Under the pieces are notes generated by a model. The model had not been told where the DNA came from, did no database searches, and was given only the letters and a program-made list of their open reading frames with translations. Positions 50,081-62,805 of a stretch of 64,000 bases of DNA are shown piece after piece. The stretch's first letter is position 1. Every line of letters begins with the position of its first letter. The translations under genes and the position numbers were made by a program. Origin of the DNA: Cyanophora paradoxa CCMP329 (taxonomy: Eukaryota > Plantae > Glaucophyta); assembly GCA_004431415.1 (NCBI GenBank), contig QPMI01000036.1:124001-188000 (forward strand), read 5' to 3'.

Positions 50081-52071
50081 ATGAGAGATGCGCCGCCGTT
50101 GACAGACAACGACGAGGAAGCGCCTCTGCTGGTACACGACTGGTACAGCCGCCGATACGACGATATGCCAGGCGACGAAGGTGCGCAGCTCGGACCCGAG
50201 GGATCAACCGGTCCCTCCGACCGCCCCCTAAGAGCTTCGCCCGCGCAGCAAGCACGCGGCCCGCGCACCTTGTGGCGGATCCGCTCCGTGAATTCGAGAA
50301 TGCGGGCCGCACAGTTACATCCATCCTGAAGCCTGTGATGCTGACCATCATTCTGGTTGTGTTCTGCCTCGCTTCGTTGGAGCGCAAGTCGATGGCCGTC
50401 TCCAACTACTGGGGGTCTGCTCTCTGCGTCGAAAAGCGCTCCTCTGCACAGCTCATGCGGCGCTCCGCGCGCAGGGCGTACCTGGTGTACTCGGAGAGCT
50501 CCGGGGACAGCACGGCGCAGAAGCTGGGCGGGGCCCTGCTGAACGCCATCATCTTCATCGCCGTCATCCTGGGCACCACCATCCTCTTCGTCATTCTCTT
50601 CAAGTTCCGCTGCGTGAAGGTGCCCCGCCCCACCTCGCCGCTCGCCGGCCGCCGCCGACGCCGACGCAGCTCATGTGGGGCTGGATCATGCTCTCCGTCG
50701 CCACTCTTCTCGCCTTCCTCGGCGGCTACCTCTTCTAGTGCGGCCAACGCTCGCCCCTTCCCCACGCAGCGCCTGAGGGGGCGGGGCGACAGCCTGATGC
50801 TGGCGTCGTACGAGTGCCCGATCGACTGGGTGACCTTCGTGGTGCTCGTGTGGAACTTCACGATCGTCGGCATGCTCTCCATCTTCTGGAAGGGGCCCAT
50901 GATCATCCAGCAGGGCTACCTCATCGTCGTCTCCGCCATCCTGGTGGGGCCCCCGCTCCGTGTCCCCGCCGGCGCCCTCGCCCTCTCACGCGGCGCGGCA
51001 GGCGTGGACCTTCACGATGATGCCCGACTGGACGACGTGGATGCTTCTCGGCGCGCTCGTCATCTACGGTGCGCCGTTCGGGGCGCCGGCGGGGCGCGGG
51101 GCGGCGGGGTGACGGCGGCGGCAGACCTGGCGGTGGTGCTGCTCCCCAAGGGCCCCCTCAAGATGCTCGTCGAGATGGCCCAGCAGCGCAACGAGCAGAT
51201 CCCCGGCCTCATCTACGACGGTCCCGCCCCCGGCCCCGCCCAGCCGGCCGGCGGCCCGCTGACCTCCCCGCAGCGCGGCCCTCCACCATGCACTACCAGG
51301 GGCCCCAGCGCAATTTCGTGCGCTGCCCGCTTTCCGCTCGCCACCGCGCGCCCGCTGACGCGCGCTCGGCGCAGTGGGGCGGCTCCCTGAGCGCCCAACA
51401 GCAGCAGCAGCAGCCGCCGCAGGGGGCGGGCAATGCGGCGCCGGAGCCGGTGCGGATGGTCGAGAACGGCGCCGGCCCGCACGGCCCGCACGCCGAGCGC
51501 GTCGCCCCGCCGTCGGCGAGCGGCCCGGCGTCGGAGGGCAAGCGGCAGGCGCACGCGGCGGAGCAGGCGGCGCACGCGCACGCGCACGCGGAGAGCGCAC
51601 AGTCGACGCAGGTCGCCGCCCGCACGCCCGACGTCGACGCCGACGAGGAGGAGGACGAGGAGGAGCAGCGCGTGCGCGCCGGCCCCGCCCCTTGCTCCCG
51701 GGCCGGCGGCGGCTGAGGCGGGGCGGCGGGGCCGGCGGGCGCAGGGGATCAAGCTCGGGCTGGGCGACTTCGTCTTCTACAGCGTTCTGATCGCCCGCGC
51801 CGCCACCTACGACTGGGTCACCCTCGCCACCTGCACCTCCGCCGTCCTCACCGCGCGCCCGGCCCCGCCGCCCCCGCCCCGCCCCGCGCCCCGGCGCCCC
51901 TGACGGCGCCGGCAGGGCCTGTGCCTGACGCTGCTGCTGCTCGGGATCTTCCGGAAGGCGCTGCCGGCGCTGCCGATCAGCATCACGCTCGGCATCTTCT
52001 TCTACTTCCTCACCCGCATCATCATCCTCCCCTTCGTCGTCCAGGTCGGCCGCGCCCAGATCTTCATCTAG
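50081..52071 (+). CDS. PSEN: Presenilin (gamma-secretase catalytic subunit)
   Basis: [14 protein letters not shown] (Asp codon split by an intron), [22 protein letters not shown] and ALPALPISI. Confidence 0.96.
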
Positions 52072-52498
52072 TCCACGGAGCCCGACCCCGGGGCCACTCG
52101 CGCTTCCCGGGCCCCTTTTTCGTAGCCTTATCGTAGCGTACGTGTCGCTTCTGATCTGTGTAAGATCGCTCGTCTCTCCATGCATGCTTGGAAGCCTTGC
52201 AATTGAAGAGCGCGAATGCGCATACGCGCGGCGAACTTCTAGCCGGACTATCGATATCGCTGTACGTGTCTCTTTCGAGCACATGTGTGCACATCGATGT
52301 TCACGCGCATGCGATGCGCACTAGTAATCGAGCTCGCGGCTGCAGCGCCGATGCTCAACCGATGCGCCGAAATCGGGCGGGGCTGGGGGAGCTGAGGCAG
52401 CGGGGGTACGTCGCAGTGCGGAAGGTCAGCCCGATCGCCAGCGCCGGCCCGTGACCTAGCCGCTCACGTCCCCGCAGGGCCCGCGAGAGGACGAGAAG

Positions 52499-53231
52499 AT
52501 GAAGTTCAGCAGCAGTGCGTTGTTCCCAGCGTCCCAGCTTGTCAGCGGCAAGTAGGCAGCTGGGCTAACTTTGCGATCCTGTGCTGCAGATGTCAGCTCG
52601 TCGCGGCGGAAGAGCCGCAAGGCGCACTTCACCGCGCCCTCGAGCGCGCGGCGCGTGATCATGAGCGCGCCCCTCTCGTCGGAGCTGCGCCAGAAGTACA
52701 ACGTGCGCCCCACGCTAGATACCGTTTGTCCTCAGGCAGTGTGTCCTTAGCCCTCGCGCCTGAGCAGGTGCGGTCGATGCCCATCCGCAAGGATGACGAG
52801 GTCTCGGTCGTCCGCGGCACCTACAAGGGCCGTGAGGGCAAGGTCGTCCAGGTGTACCGCCGCAAGTACGTGATCTACATCGAGCGCATCACCCGCGAGA
52901 AGGCGAACGGTGCGCCGCCTCTCCAACCTGGAGCGTCTCGGGAACTGGGAACGATCTCGCCTCGCGCACGGCAGGCGCGACCGTCCAGGTCGGCATTCAC
53001 CCCTCGAAGGTGGTCATCAACAAGCTCAAGCTGGACAAGGACCGCAAGGGCCTGCTCGAGCGCAAGTCCCGCACCGCCGCGGCCGAGAAGGGTGCGCATT
53101 GCCGTCCTGCGCCATTCCGGCCGCGTTTTTTTCCACTGGCGTCCCCCTAACATCTTCTTCCTCTTTCTTTGTGTTTTGCAGGCAAGGGCAAGTTCACCGA
53201 GGCCGAGGTCGCGATGGCCGACGTCGACTAA
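52499..53231 (+). CDS. RPL26: 60S ribosomal protein L26 (uL24), 5 coding exons
   Basis: [55 protein letters not shown].. Confidence 0.98.
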
Positions 53232-53498
53232 GCGGAACGTTAGCGTGCTCGTGCACGGCACTAGATTGTGCTTCTACGTCTCTCTCAAAGCCCGCTCTGA
53301 GTTCATCCGCTGTTGTGCGCCTGCGGTGCTGGTGGAGTTCTTTGGGGCATCGTGGCACGGAGCTCTTTGGGACATGGAGTTCTTTGGGGTTCTTTGGGGA
53401 ATGTGGCCCGAGCACCTTTAACGGCCTCTCGTAACGGGGTGGCTTCTCCGTAGTCGACGGGCTAATGGGGAGAAGAGAAGCAGATGAATTCACAACGA

Positions 53499-55886
53499 TC
53501 ACAAGAAAGAGTTCGTCAAAGACGCGAAGAGAGAGGCATCTTGGGGGGTGGGCTGAGGCAGGGGCGAGAGGACCATGAGGGCAAGGAAAATTGCAAAGAG
53601 AGCGAGGTTGATGCGCTGCTGGTCAGGCTCGGAGATCTCGTCCAGCGCTGGGCGTTCCGGATCCCGCTGCAGCACGGGTCAAACCATGAAAGATCATATG
53701 CAAGGCATGAATTCACTCACCTGCAGGAAGAAGAGGAGGATGGAGAAGTACAGGATAACCGCATTACTGGTGAAAAGAGAAATTCCTCCCATAGCAAAGA
53801 GTGTTGCTCCGGAGATCCGGGCAGCGACCTTGCGTCCAAAAATGGACTGGACAAGCCGGCCACCATCGAGCCGACCAGCAGGGAGCAGGTTCAGTGCCGA
53901 AACAGTGAGCCCTGCCCAGCCAATGGCAACCAGGGGAGCAATCTGCATGCACATAGATGAGCAAGTTTGCATTGAAAGGAGGAAGCACGAAGGGCAGGAA
54001 ATTACTGGAACTTGAGAGCCGGCAGGCAAATCGCCCAGGAAAAGCCTTGCAATGCCTCCAATGAGAGCACTGCCGTAGAAGAACTCCGATGCCACCTCCG
54101 GTGCACCAGAGGCAGGAGGCCCGACCAAGAAGCCTAACAGAAGAGCTGCTAGCGATATGCCAAAGCTGACAAGGGAGCCAACAAGGGCGATGTCTGCTCA
54201 TTGGAGCATGAACTGGGATTCAGCATGTTGATGTGATGGTGGAGAATTTACACACCGAGGATGGCCTTGCGCGTGGGAGGATTCGAGTCCAAGTTGACAA
54301 ATGCACTGTGTCCAAGTCAACGAGCTGCTCTGATGAAACGCAGTGCACCACATATGCACTCACCCAAACGTGCCAAGCTGCTCTGATGGAACCAAGAATG
54401 GCACGGAAAGATTCACGCCATACTTGCGAGCCACCACAGCGCGGGACAGATACGAGAGCACTTGAAGGTTGAAGACGCCAGCTGCGCGAAAATGCTCAGC
54501 TGTGTATACCTTGAGTTCTGCAGGTGTTGAATACCTGCAACAGGCCACCCCTGATTTGCGCAACTCAGACATAATCGTGTGCAAGTGGACCGGCAGAAAA
54601 AAAAGCTCACGTTGATCCACTGATCAGAAGAGAAGATATCGCTTCCAATAACTGCAGCACCAACCTCTGCACATGTGAAAGCTGATGCCAGCGCTAGGAC
54701 ACCAGCAAGCCACTGTAGATGTTGATGCATCAGATCATGCAAACAGTGATTAACTACCAGTTTAACCTTTTGGGTCGTGCTGGTCACTGGCGGGTCGTTC
54801 CTTACAGGGCTGGCGACCACTACTGGCCTCCCATCCTCGTAGTTTTCGAGCATAAAAAGCTGCAGCAGGGCTCAGGTAATTTATCAACGGGCTAGGAGGG
54901 AGCTCACGTTGTAAGGCTCGGAAAGAGTCTTCTCGGCCAGGCGCTTGTTAAGGGTTGCAAACACCTCTGCAGGGTCCTTCTTCCTCATATTCCCTGATCA
55001 GAAAATCGATAGCTCAGGCCAAGGAGGTAACCAGTTCAGAGGGCCATCGCACCCTTGAAAATAGCGCCATTACGGTACGGAAGCGACTCCGTCACGAAGA
55101 AGGAATCGAAGCTGTTCGCATCCCACATAAGCCCAGATGTACGTGCACTTAAAGAAGCAGACAGAATAAGCAGATGAGACGCACGAGAAAATGCTCTTGA
55201 TGGCTTCCAGATCAGTAGGGGACATCACATCAGTGGCAGGTGTCGATGCAGGAAGAGTCGCGGAGCTGCGGTGCTCCAGCGGTTAGCGGGCGGATTCCCA
55301 AGCTCCATACTTGGACGCACGCGAACGCTGGGCTCGGCGGTGCGGGGGTCGTCGTCTCCGTGCCTGTGCTGGGCTCGTGCGAGCTTGACGGTTCCGAGGG
55401 CGCCTCTGTCGGATTAGATGTGCCCTCCTCCCGCCCAGCTGCTAATGCAGGCTTCGTGTCGCCGCTCGCCGTCGCTGGCGTCGTCATGTTGTCCGCTAGA
55501 GCGCTCTCTGTGGTCGGTGTGGCCGGCGCCGCGCTGGCCGTCGAACTCTCGGCGCTCTGAGGGCTCTCCAGCGCGCGCCGCTGGGTGACCATGTCTCCCA
55601 GCGCCGCGTCTCCCACCGGCACCGGAGAGTCAGCCGAGCGCTTGACCTCGTCGCCATTGCCGCTGCCGCTGCCGCTGCCGCTTGCGAAAACCAGAAAGGA
55701 GCGGCGCGTGGGCCGCGCGGCCGCGTCAAACGTCCGCAGAACAGTGTCGCCGAGGAAGGAGCGGCCAGTGCCGCGAGGACGGATGACGGCGCGAGGGCGG
55801 CATAGAGACGCCGCCGCGGACGGAGGCGCGAGTGTCGATCCGAAGCCGCCGCCGAGAAGCGCGGCTCCGACGTACGCGTGGGCCAT
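53499..55886 (-). CDS. Plastid-targeted EGY-family (S2P/M50) membrane protein lacking HExxH
   Basis: Ser/Ala/Arg-rich transit peptide, ARKYGVNLSVPFLVPSEQLGTFG, DIALVGSL, FFYGSALIGGIA, LNLLPAGRLDGG and RPALDEISEPD. Confidence 0.85.
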
Positions 55887-56053
55887 GCGTGCGGGCTCCG
55901 CTTCTGATCTGCTACCGCGCTTCTGAACAGGCACGTGCTGCTGCGAATGAACAGCTGGAAACTACCGAGACAAATCGTACCCCTCGCGCGGCGGTCTCTC
56001 TGCCGGAAGTTGTTGCAGTAGCATCCCGAAGCGGTTGAGGGGCATCCAGGAGC

Positions 56054-56724
56054 ATGTTTCGTGCGGCTTGGAGCCTCCGGCCCGTCGCGCGGAACGGGAC
56101 GCGCTGCTTCGCCGCGCCGGCGAAGGCGGCCCCCGCGGCTGGTGCGCTCGCTGACGAGAAGCCAACAACGCCGTACTGACGAGGACTGCAGGCGGGGACG
56201 CGGCAAAGCCCGCCGCCGCAGCTGCGCCCGCGAAAGCGGCTGAGAAGAAGCCGGCAGCCCCGGCTAAGGGTGCCAAGGCGGCGGCACCGGCCGCAGGTGA
56301 TTGCAAGCGCTCGCAGAACAACTTTCAACAGTATTCTCATCTCGAGCTCTCGCGCAGGCCCCAGCAAAGTCGCCGCCGCGGACTTCAGCAAGATCCCCAT
56401 CAACATCTTCAAAGCGGGCTCCGATCCTCAAGTGAAGCCTGACTCGGAGTACCCGGAGTGAGCGCGCGCAGTGCTCCTCGCCGCGCGGCCCCGAGGGGCT
56501 CACGCGTGCTCGTCTCCCAGATGGCTTTTCCACCTGCTAGACGTGCGCCCGACAATCAAGGTTCGCCAATTCTTGACAGTTGGATGGCACGATCTGAGCA
56601 TGCATGACCGTAGGAGCTTAATCGCATCCCCGTGGAGGAGCGCACGGAAGAGCAAGATCACAGGCTGTGGAGGCTATCGAACAGGAAAAAGATCAAGACG
56701 GACAACGAAACTCGAGCCCTCTAG
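56054..56724 (+). CDS. MRPL54: Mitochondrial ribosomal protein mL54
   Basis: Presequence plus [39 protein letters not shown]. Confidence 0.88.
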
Positions 56725-56793
56725 CGCCTAACTCATGTCCAAATTCTATTCTATGTAGTTGACAACATTTGCAGCCTGCTCTTCACATCTAGA

Positions 56794-58400
56794 TTAGAGC
56801 CTGTGCTCGTTAAAGAGGCGCTCCTCCAGCTGTGGTGGCAACAGGATCTCTCGGGCGTGGCGGGGGCAGGCGGGCCAATTGCCCCGCCCGTACTCCTGCT
56901 TGCAGTGCTGTTGGACGTACTGCTGGACGATGGGGGGCAGCCCGCTGAGGATCCCTTCTCCGTCAACAGTTATGAGCTGGAAGTGGCCTGCGGGATCACT
57001 CAGTTGATGTTGAATCCAAAATGCGTCGGGATCACAAGCACTCACCGCACATCTCGTTCCCAGATCTCAGCAGCAAGACAAAATGGCAGCCAGAGACACC
57101 ATCGGGCACAGCACCGCATGCAATGTACCCAGCATCGACAACGCTGCAGGACAAAATTAAAGTGAGTCTCAAATTACACAGCTGAGATATCGATGGGCTC
57201 CGCTTACAGGACAACAAAGCGGAGCTGCACAAGAGGTCAGAGAGGATAAGGCATGTCTATTTGACTTGCGCTAGTACTCACATCAAAAAGGAGTGAAATG
57301 CGACCCACACAAAGATCATCGGCCCAGAAGCTTGACTGAATGACCTGCAGGCAACGTGGGCAAAAGAGAGATGCATAGTACCAGAGGGGAGCAAACCCTG
57401 TGCTTGAGGTCGGCGAGATCTTTGGTGCCCTCGAACCATTCCATGGAGCCCTCGTCGTCTGGAACAGGGTAAGCTGAAGCTAGCATTGAAAGGCTCCGAA
57501 AAGCCCGCACCTGTGCCAGCGAGGGCTGTGGCCTTCATCTCGTACAGCTCCAAGTCCTCCTGAGTCAGAGAATCCGCGAAGGCCGAGCGTATGTCTTCAG
57601 CCTGCAGCGGCAATGAGCGGACCACAGCGCGGAGGACTCCTGCACGACCATGCGCGTGGCAGACCTGAATTTCTGGGTAATGGGGCTGCAAAGCCTGAGC
57701 CACGGACGCGAAAAAGCAGTCTCCGCCACCAGCGTTCTGGATAATCGGATGTCAGAGATCGCATTCTGCGGAATCAAACAATATCGCTGACCGGAACGAC
57801 TTCGTAGACGTCGGGGTGCTGAAGCATGTGCCGGTACACGGTGTTAAAGTCGTCCCTCACGCTCTTCTGCAGGGGTTTTGCGGGAGCACAAGTCCCCGGC
57901 GACGCTCGCGCCCGCTGTTCTTCGCCGGCGCGACGGACTGGAATCTTATATTGCGTCCGCGGAGGTGCGGACGAGTCCGCGCCTGGCGCCGCTCGGACGG
58001 TGACAGGAATTCTCACGGGGTTCGGCTGCGTATAGATGATTGAGGGCGCAGCGCTATGCGCATGCGCTAGAGCCGCGGGCGTCGGTGCCACGGAGCTCGA
58101 GCTCGAGATATCGATGGAACGAGCGCCTTGCTCTGCGGATGGGACGACGCGGATTGGGATCCTGACGGGCCCGCTGCTGCTTGAGCTGTCAGAGATGATG
58201 TGGGAGCTTTGCGTCCGCTGTGCGTCCGCTGAGCTAGCGGTGGTGGAAGTGGCCCAGAAGGCCGGGCACGCGGGGTCTTTAGGATCGCACGGAGGCGGCG
58301 CCGCGCTGCGTACAGCATCCGCGCTACGTACTACGTGGACTGGGATGCGAACGCGCGGGTCGCTGCAGGAGATCGGAACGCGCGCAGGCGCCTCTGGCAT
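56794..58400 (-). CDS. OTU-domain cysteine protease with an N-terminal IPV/IPI-repeat region
   Basis: Spliced YEVVP/NAGGGDCFFASVAQAL (Cys box), SSFWADDL and AGHFQLI (His box). Confidence 0.75.
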
Positions 58401-58569
58401 TTTCCCTGGTGGAAGAATTGATCGGACGTACGTGAAGTGAATGAGTGGCGCGCACCTTCTCTGCGCCGTTTTCTCCTGTCCCTGAGACAGTTCTGGAAGG
58501 CTCTCGAAGGGCTGCGCCGAAAGCCGGCGCCGTTGGGGTACAGAGCTCCAATCGGTTCAACTTCGAAAA

Positions 58570-61500
58570 ATGGAGGTGATCGCTCTGGATTCGGACGACG
58601 AGGGGCCGCCCGCACCGCAGCAGCAGCCTCGCGCGTCGCCCCAGGCCGCGGCGCTCGACGAGTTGCAAGCGCTGTTCCCCGCAAAGCCGACCGCGGTGCT
58701 CGCGGCGGCCTTGGCGGCGCACCGAGGCGACGTATCCAGCGCCGTCGCTTCCCTCCTCGACTCCGACGCGGAGGGCGGCCATGCAGCGACCTCCAGCGCG
58801 AACTCCAGCGCGAATCCCGTGCGCTGCGCTCCTCAAAGGCCGTCGTGCGAAGCGCTCACTTCTGCGACAGATACAGAATAGCGAACGCAGACCTGCAGGT
58901 GGAGGGTCTGCAGGCGGCAGGCCAGCGGGCGGCAGGCCAGCGGGCGGCAGGCCCGCGGCAGCGCCCGCGGCAGCGCCCGCGGCCGCGCCAGCGCGCGCCG
59001 CGACGCCGACGGATCCCATCGTGCTGGACGAGGATGAGGAGGAGGACTTCTCGCTGATGGCGCGGGTGCATGCGCAGGCGTCCCTCCACTCCGCCGCGAG
59101 GGCCGCGGCCCCCGCGTCGTCCGACGTGCGCGCGATGCGCCGCCCTCTGCCGCGACGGAGGCGCGTCGGGCTCGCTGACGCCGAGCAGGGCGGCGGCAGC
59201 GACGACGAGGACGACGACGACATCCTCAGCCAGCCCGCGCTGCGGCCCCGGCAGGCGGCCCCCGCGCAGCCGCTCGCCGCCGCCGCCTCCTCCTCCTCGA
59301 GCTCTGCGCCGCCTCAGCGAACGCGCACGCTGCCGGCCTCGTTCGGGGCTCTCTCCTCGTCGAGTCTGCCGCCGTCGGGCTCGGGAGGCCTGCCGCCCCT
59401 GCCCCCGTCCCGCACCCTGCCGGCCTCCTTCGGGGCGGGGCGCGGGGCGCGGGGCCCGACGCCGCCGGCGCGGGCTCCGTTGGTGGCATCGGGGGCGTCG
59501 GCGGGGGGCTCCGGGGAGGAGGCCGCGAGCTCGGGGACGGAGGTCCTCTCGGGGAGCGAGGCCGGCTCGGGGGGGCCCGCGCCCCCCTCGCCCCCCTCCT
59601 CCGGCTCCCCCAAGCGCCGCCGCGTCACCGAGACCATCCCCGAGAGCGAGGGCGAGGAGGCGGGCCCGCCGGCCCCGGCCCCGGGCCCCTCCGCCCTCCA
59701 CCAGCACCTCTTTGCCCTCCGCGAGGAGGCCCCCGCCGGCCCGCCGGCCCCGCCGCCGCCCCGGCCAAGCGCAAGGTGCGGCGACGCGAGAGCGGGCCTG
59801 CGGTGCGGCGGGGCGGCGACGGGGTGGGGCGCAGCGGCGGACGCCGGAGGAGCGGGAGGCGGCGGAGCGCGCCAAGGCCGACGCCAAGGCGCGCCGGGGC
59901 GGCCGGCCGGCCCCGCAGGGGAGCGCTGACGCGGGGGCGTGCAGGCGGCGCGGGAGCGGGCGCGGGGCGAGAAGCGGCAGGCCCAGGAGGACAAGGCGCG
60001 GCGGGGCGGGGGCGCTGACGGGGCGGCGGGGCGCTGAGGGGGCGGCAGCGGCGGGAGCGGGAGCAGCAGCGGGCGGCGCGGGCGCCCAAGGGCGACGAGG
60101 CCCTCCGCCGCTGCACCACCCTCATCGACACCCGGCCCGCCCCCCCGCCCGCCCCGCCCGCCCCCCGCCGCCGAGAGCTGACGGGACGCAGGCTGGCGGA
60201 GGCGGGGGAGGGGTACGTGGCCGAGTTCGTGGCGTACCTGGAGGAGAAGGGGTGCCCGCACCGCGTCCAGCGCCTGCCCGTCCCCTTCTCCATCGCCTGG
60301 ACCCACGCGCACCCCGGCCTGTCCGCCCCGCCCCCGCCCCGCCCCGCCCCGCCCCGCCCCGCCCCGCGACAGGGGGCCTCACGGGCGGGCAGGGGCGCCG
60401 AGGCGGCGGCGGGGGCGCCGGCCTTCCCGAGGAGGTGGACGGGAGCGATGCGGGGGAGGCGGCCGCCGGCGGGCCCCCGCCGCCCCCGAGTACGACACCG
60501 GCTTCACCGTGGTGCCCCCGGGCCCGCCGCTGAGCGCCGCGGGGCGGGCTGGGGGCTGAGCGGGGCCAGGTGCGGTGGACGGCGGAGGAGCTTGTGCGGT
60601 GGATCCTCGACGGGAGCCTCGACGAGCGCGGCCGCGACCTCGCCCCCGACGCCGCCGTGCCCGCCCGCCCCGCCCCTCTTCCGCTTCGTTCGCCCCCTCG
60701 AGCCCGAACCCGAACCGCCTGCAGGGGCGGCTGCCGATGCCGGCGCAGGCGGCGCGGGCGCGCCACGTCGTCGTCTTCGTGCTGGTGCCGCCGCGCTCGG
60801 GGCGCGGGGCGCGGGGCGAGGAGCGAGGGTGCGCAGGGGCTGCGGCGGTGGATGGACGCGCAGAAGCGGGCCTTCACGAGCGCGCAGCGGCGGCCCGGGG
60901 CGCCCCTCGACGACGGGCCCGCCCTCGTCCGCCCCGCCCCGCCCCGCCCCGCCCCGCCCCGTGCCCCGCGCATCTGGCCTGACGGGGGCCGGGCAGCTTG
61001 CGGGGCTCGGGGAGCGGGGCATGGAGCGGGTGGAGGAGGCCCTCGTCCGCCTCCTCCACCGCCACCGCCTCCAGTCACTCCTCGTCCGCCCCGCCCCGCT
61101 CGGGCTGTTCCGCCCCCGCCTCACGCGCCCGCAGCTCAAGTCCGACGCGCACGCCCTCCGCCGCCTCCAGCGCATGCACAAGAAGCTCGCCAACCGCCCC
61201 TACACGCGCGCCCCGCCCCGCCCGCCCCGCCTGGGCCCCCCGCGCAGGCCGGGGCTGAGCGGGGCGCAGGCCGGAGCTGATGTACCTCGACGGGGTCGGC
61301 TCGGCGCGGCCCCGGCCCTCCACGCCCCCGCCCGACACCGAGCCGTCTGCCCGTCTGCTAGTTTGCCCTGCCCCGCGGCCGGGCCTGAGGGTGGGGCCGG
61401 CAGGGACCCTGCGGAGCAGCGGCGGAAGCGGGTCTTCGGCTGGTGGCTCGCCATCCTCCAGCAGATCCCCATGGCCCGCCCCGCGCCCCCGCGCAGCGCG

Positions 61501-62110
61501 CCCGCCGCTGAGGGGGCGGCAGGTGTCGGAGGCGCGGGCGCGGGCGATCGCGGCGGTGTACCCGACGTGCCGGGCGCTCCACGAGGCGTACCGGCGGTGC
61601 GAGCCGGGGCAGCGGGCGGGCCTCCTCAGGGACGTCGAGGTGCGGGACGGGTGGCGGGCGGGGGCCAAGCCCCGCGCCCTCGGGCCCGCCCTCTCCGCCT
61701 CGTCGCCACCGTCTTCACCAGGCGCGCCCGGCCCCGGCTCCGCACGCACGCAGGAGCTCCCGCCCCGCCCGCCTTCCCCTCACGTGCCGCGCGCAGCGTG
61801 GACGGCACGGAGCGCATCGGGCGGCACGGGACCATCCTCGACGGCCCCGCCGCGAAGCCGCCCTCCCGCGGCCGCGGGGCCGGCCGCCGCGCCGTGCCCT
61901 CCCCCGCCGGCACCTCGGGCGACAGCGACGGCGGCCCGGGCCCCGCTGCGCCCCGGCGCGGGGCCGCGGCCGCGGGGCGGGGGCGCCGGCCGGGGCCGCG
62001 GGGGCCGGGGTGGCAAGGGCAAAGGGCCGGCGTCGACGTCGGGACTCGGGGGACCCCCGCCTGCGAGCGCCGCCCCCGCGAGCCAGCCGGAGGGCGACGA
62101 GGACGATTGA
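58570..62110 (+). CDS. EME1: EME1/MMS4-like crossover-junction endonuclease subunit with N-terminal CUE-like domain
   Basis: LDELQALFP..ALAAHRGDVSSAVASLL (CUE-like), LPVPFSIAW, ERVEEALVRL, WLAILQQIPMVSEARARAIAAVYPTCRALHEAY and RALGPALS. The 3' exons are uncertain. Confidence 0.75.
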
Positions 62111-62805
62111 GCACAGTCGAATGAACCAAATGCATGCACGCCGTTACGGCAGAGACTGAGACTGATCATGATGTGCCACGGTGCCACGGTGATCATGAGT
62201 GTGAGACAGTGCATGCGCATACGCAACATGTCCGACGGTCCGACGGTCATGATGTACATGTACTGCTGTGGTACAGCCACAGCAGCACGCGGGCCTCGCC
62301 GCGAGCCTCGGAGTCACTGAGTCATGCACGCAAATCTCCGGTCCGCGGCCGTTATATATATTACAAGATAAAGCCTAGCAAGTTGCACGAGCTATAAGAA
62401 CTGTCGCGCGGCGCCTAGAGCAACGTCGCCCTGGCGGGCTTCGTGCCGAGGAATTCGAGCTCGGCGACACTAGTACTGAAAGCACCCGTGCACAAACCGA
62501 TGCCCGTGGCCATTTGCGAGGATCCGGAGCTCGCGATCGGCGCATATATACGAGCTCGAGCTTGTTGCCCCCGGGACGCGCACCGGCTCCTTGCGCATGC
62601 CCTTTCTCTCGCGCTCGCCACGCCGTGACGGCCGCCTGTGGCCTGTGGCCATGGCAGCTGCAGCTGGCCATGGCCGTTCGGGACTGGCAGCTGGGCCGCC
62701 CGCTCTTTGGTGAGGGGTCTGCAGGGGCCCGAGTCAGGCATGCGCAGGACTCGACATGGCGCCGCGCGCTGCGCTGCGCCGGCGTGGCGGGGCGTACGGG
62801 CGCGG

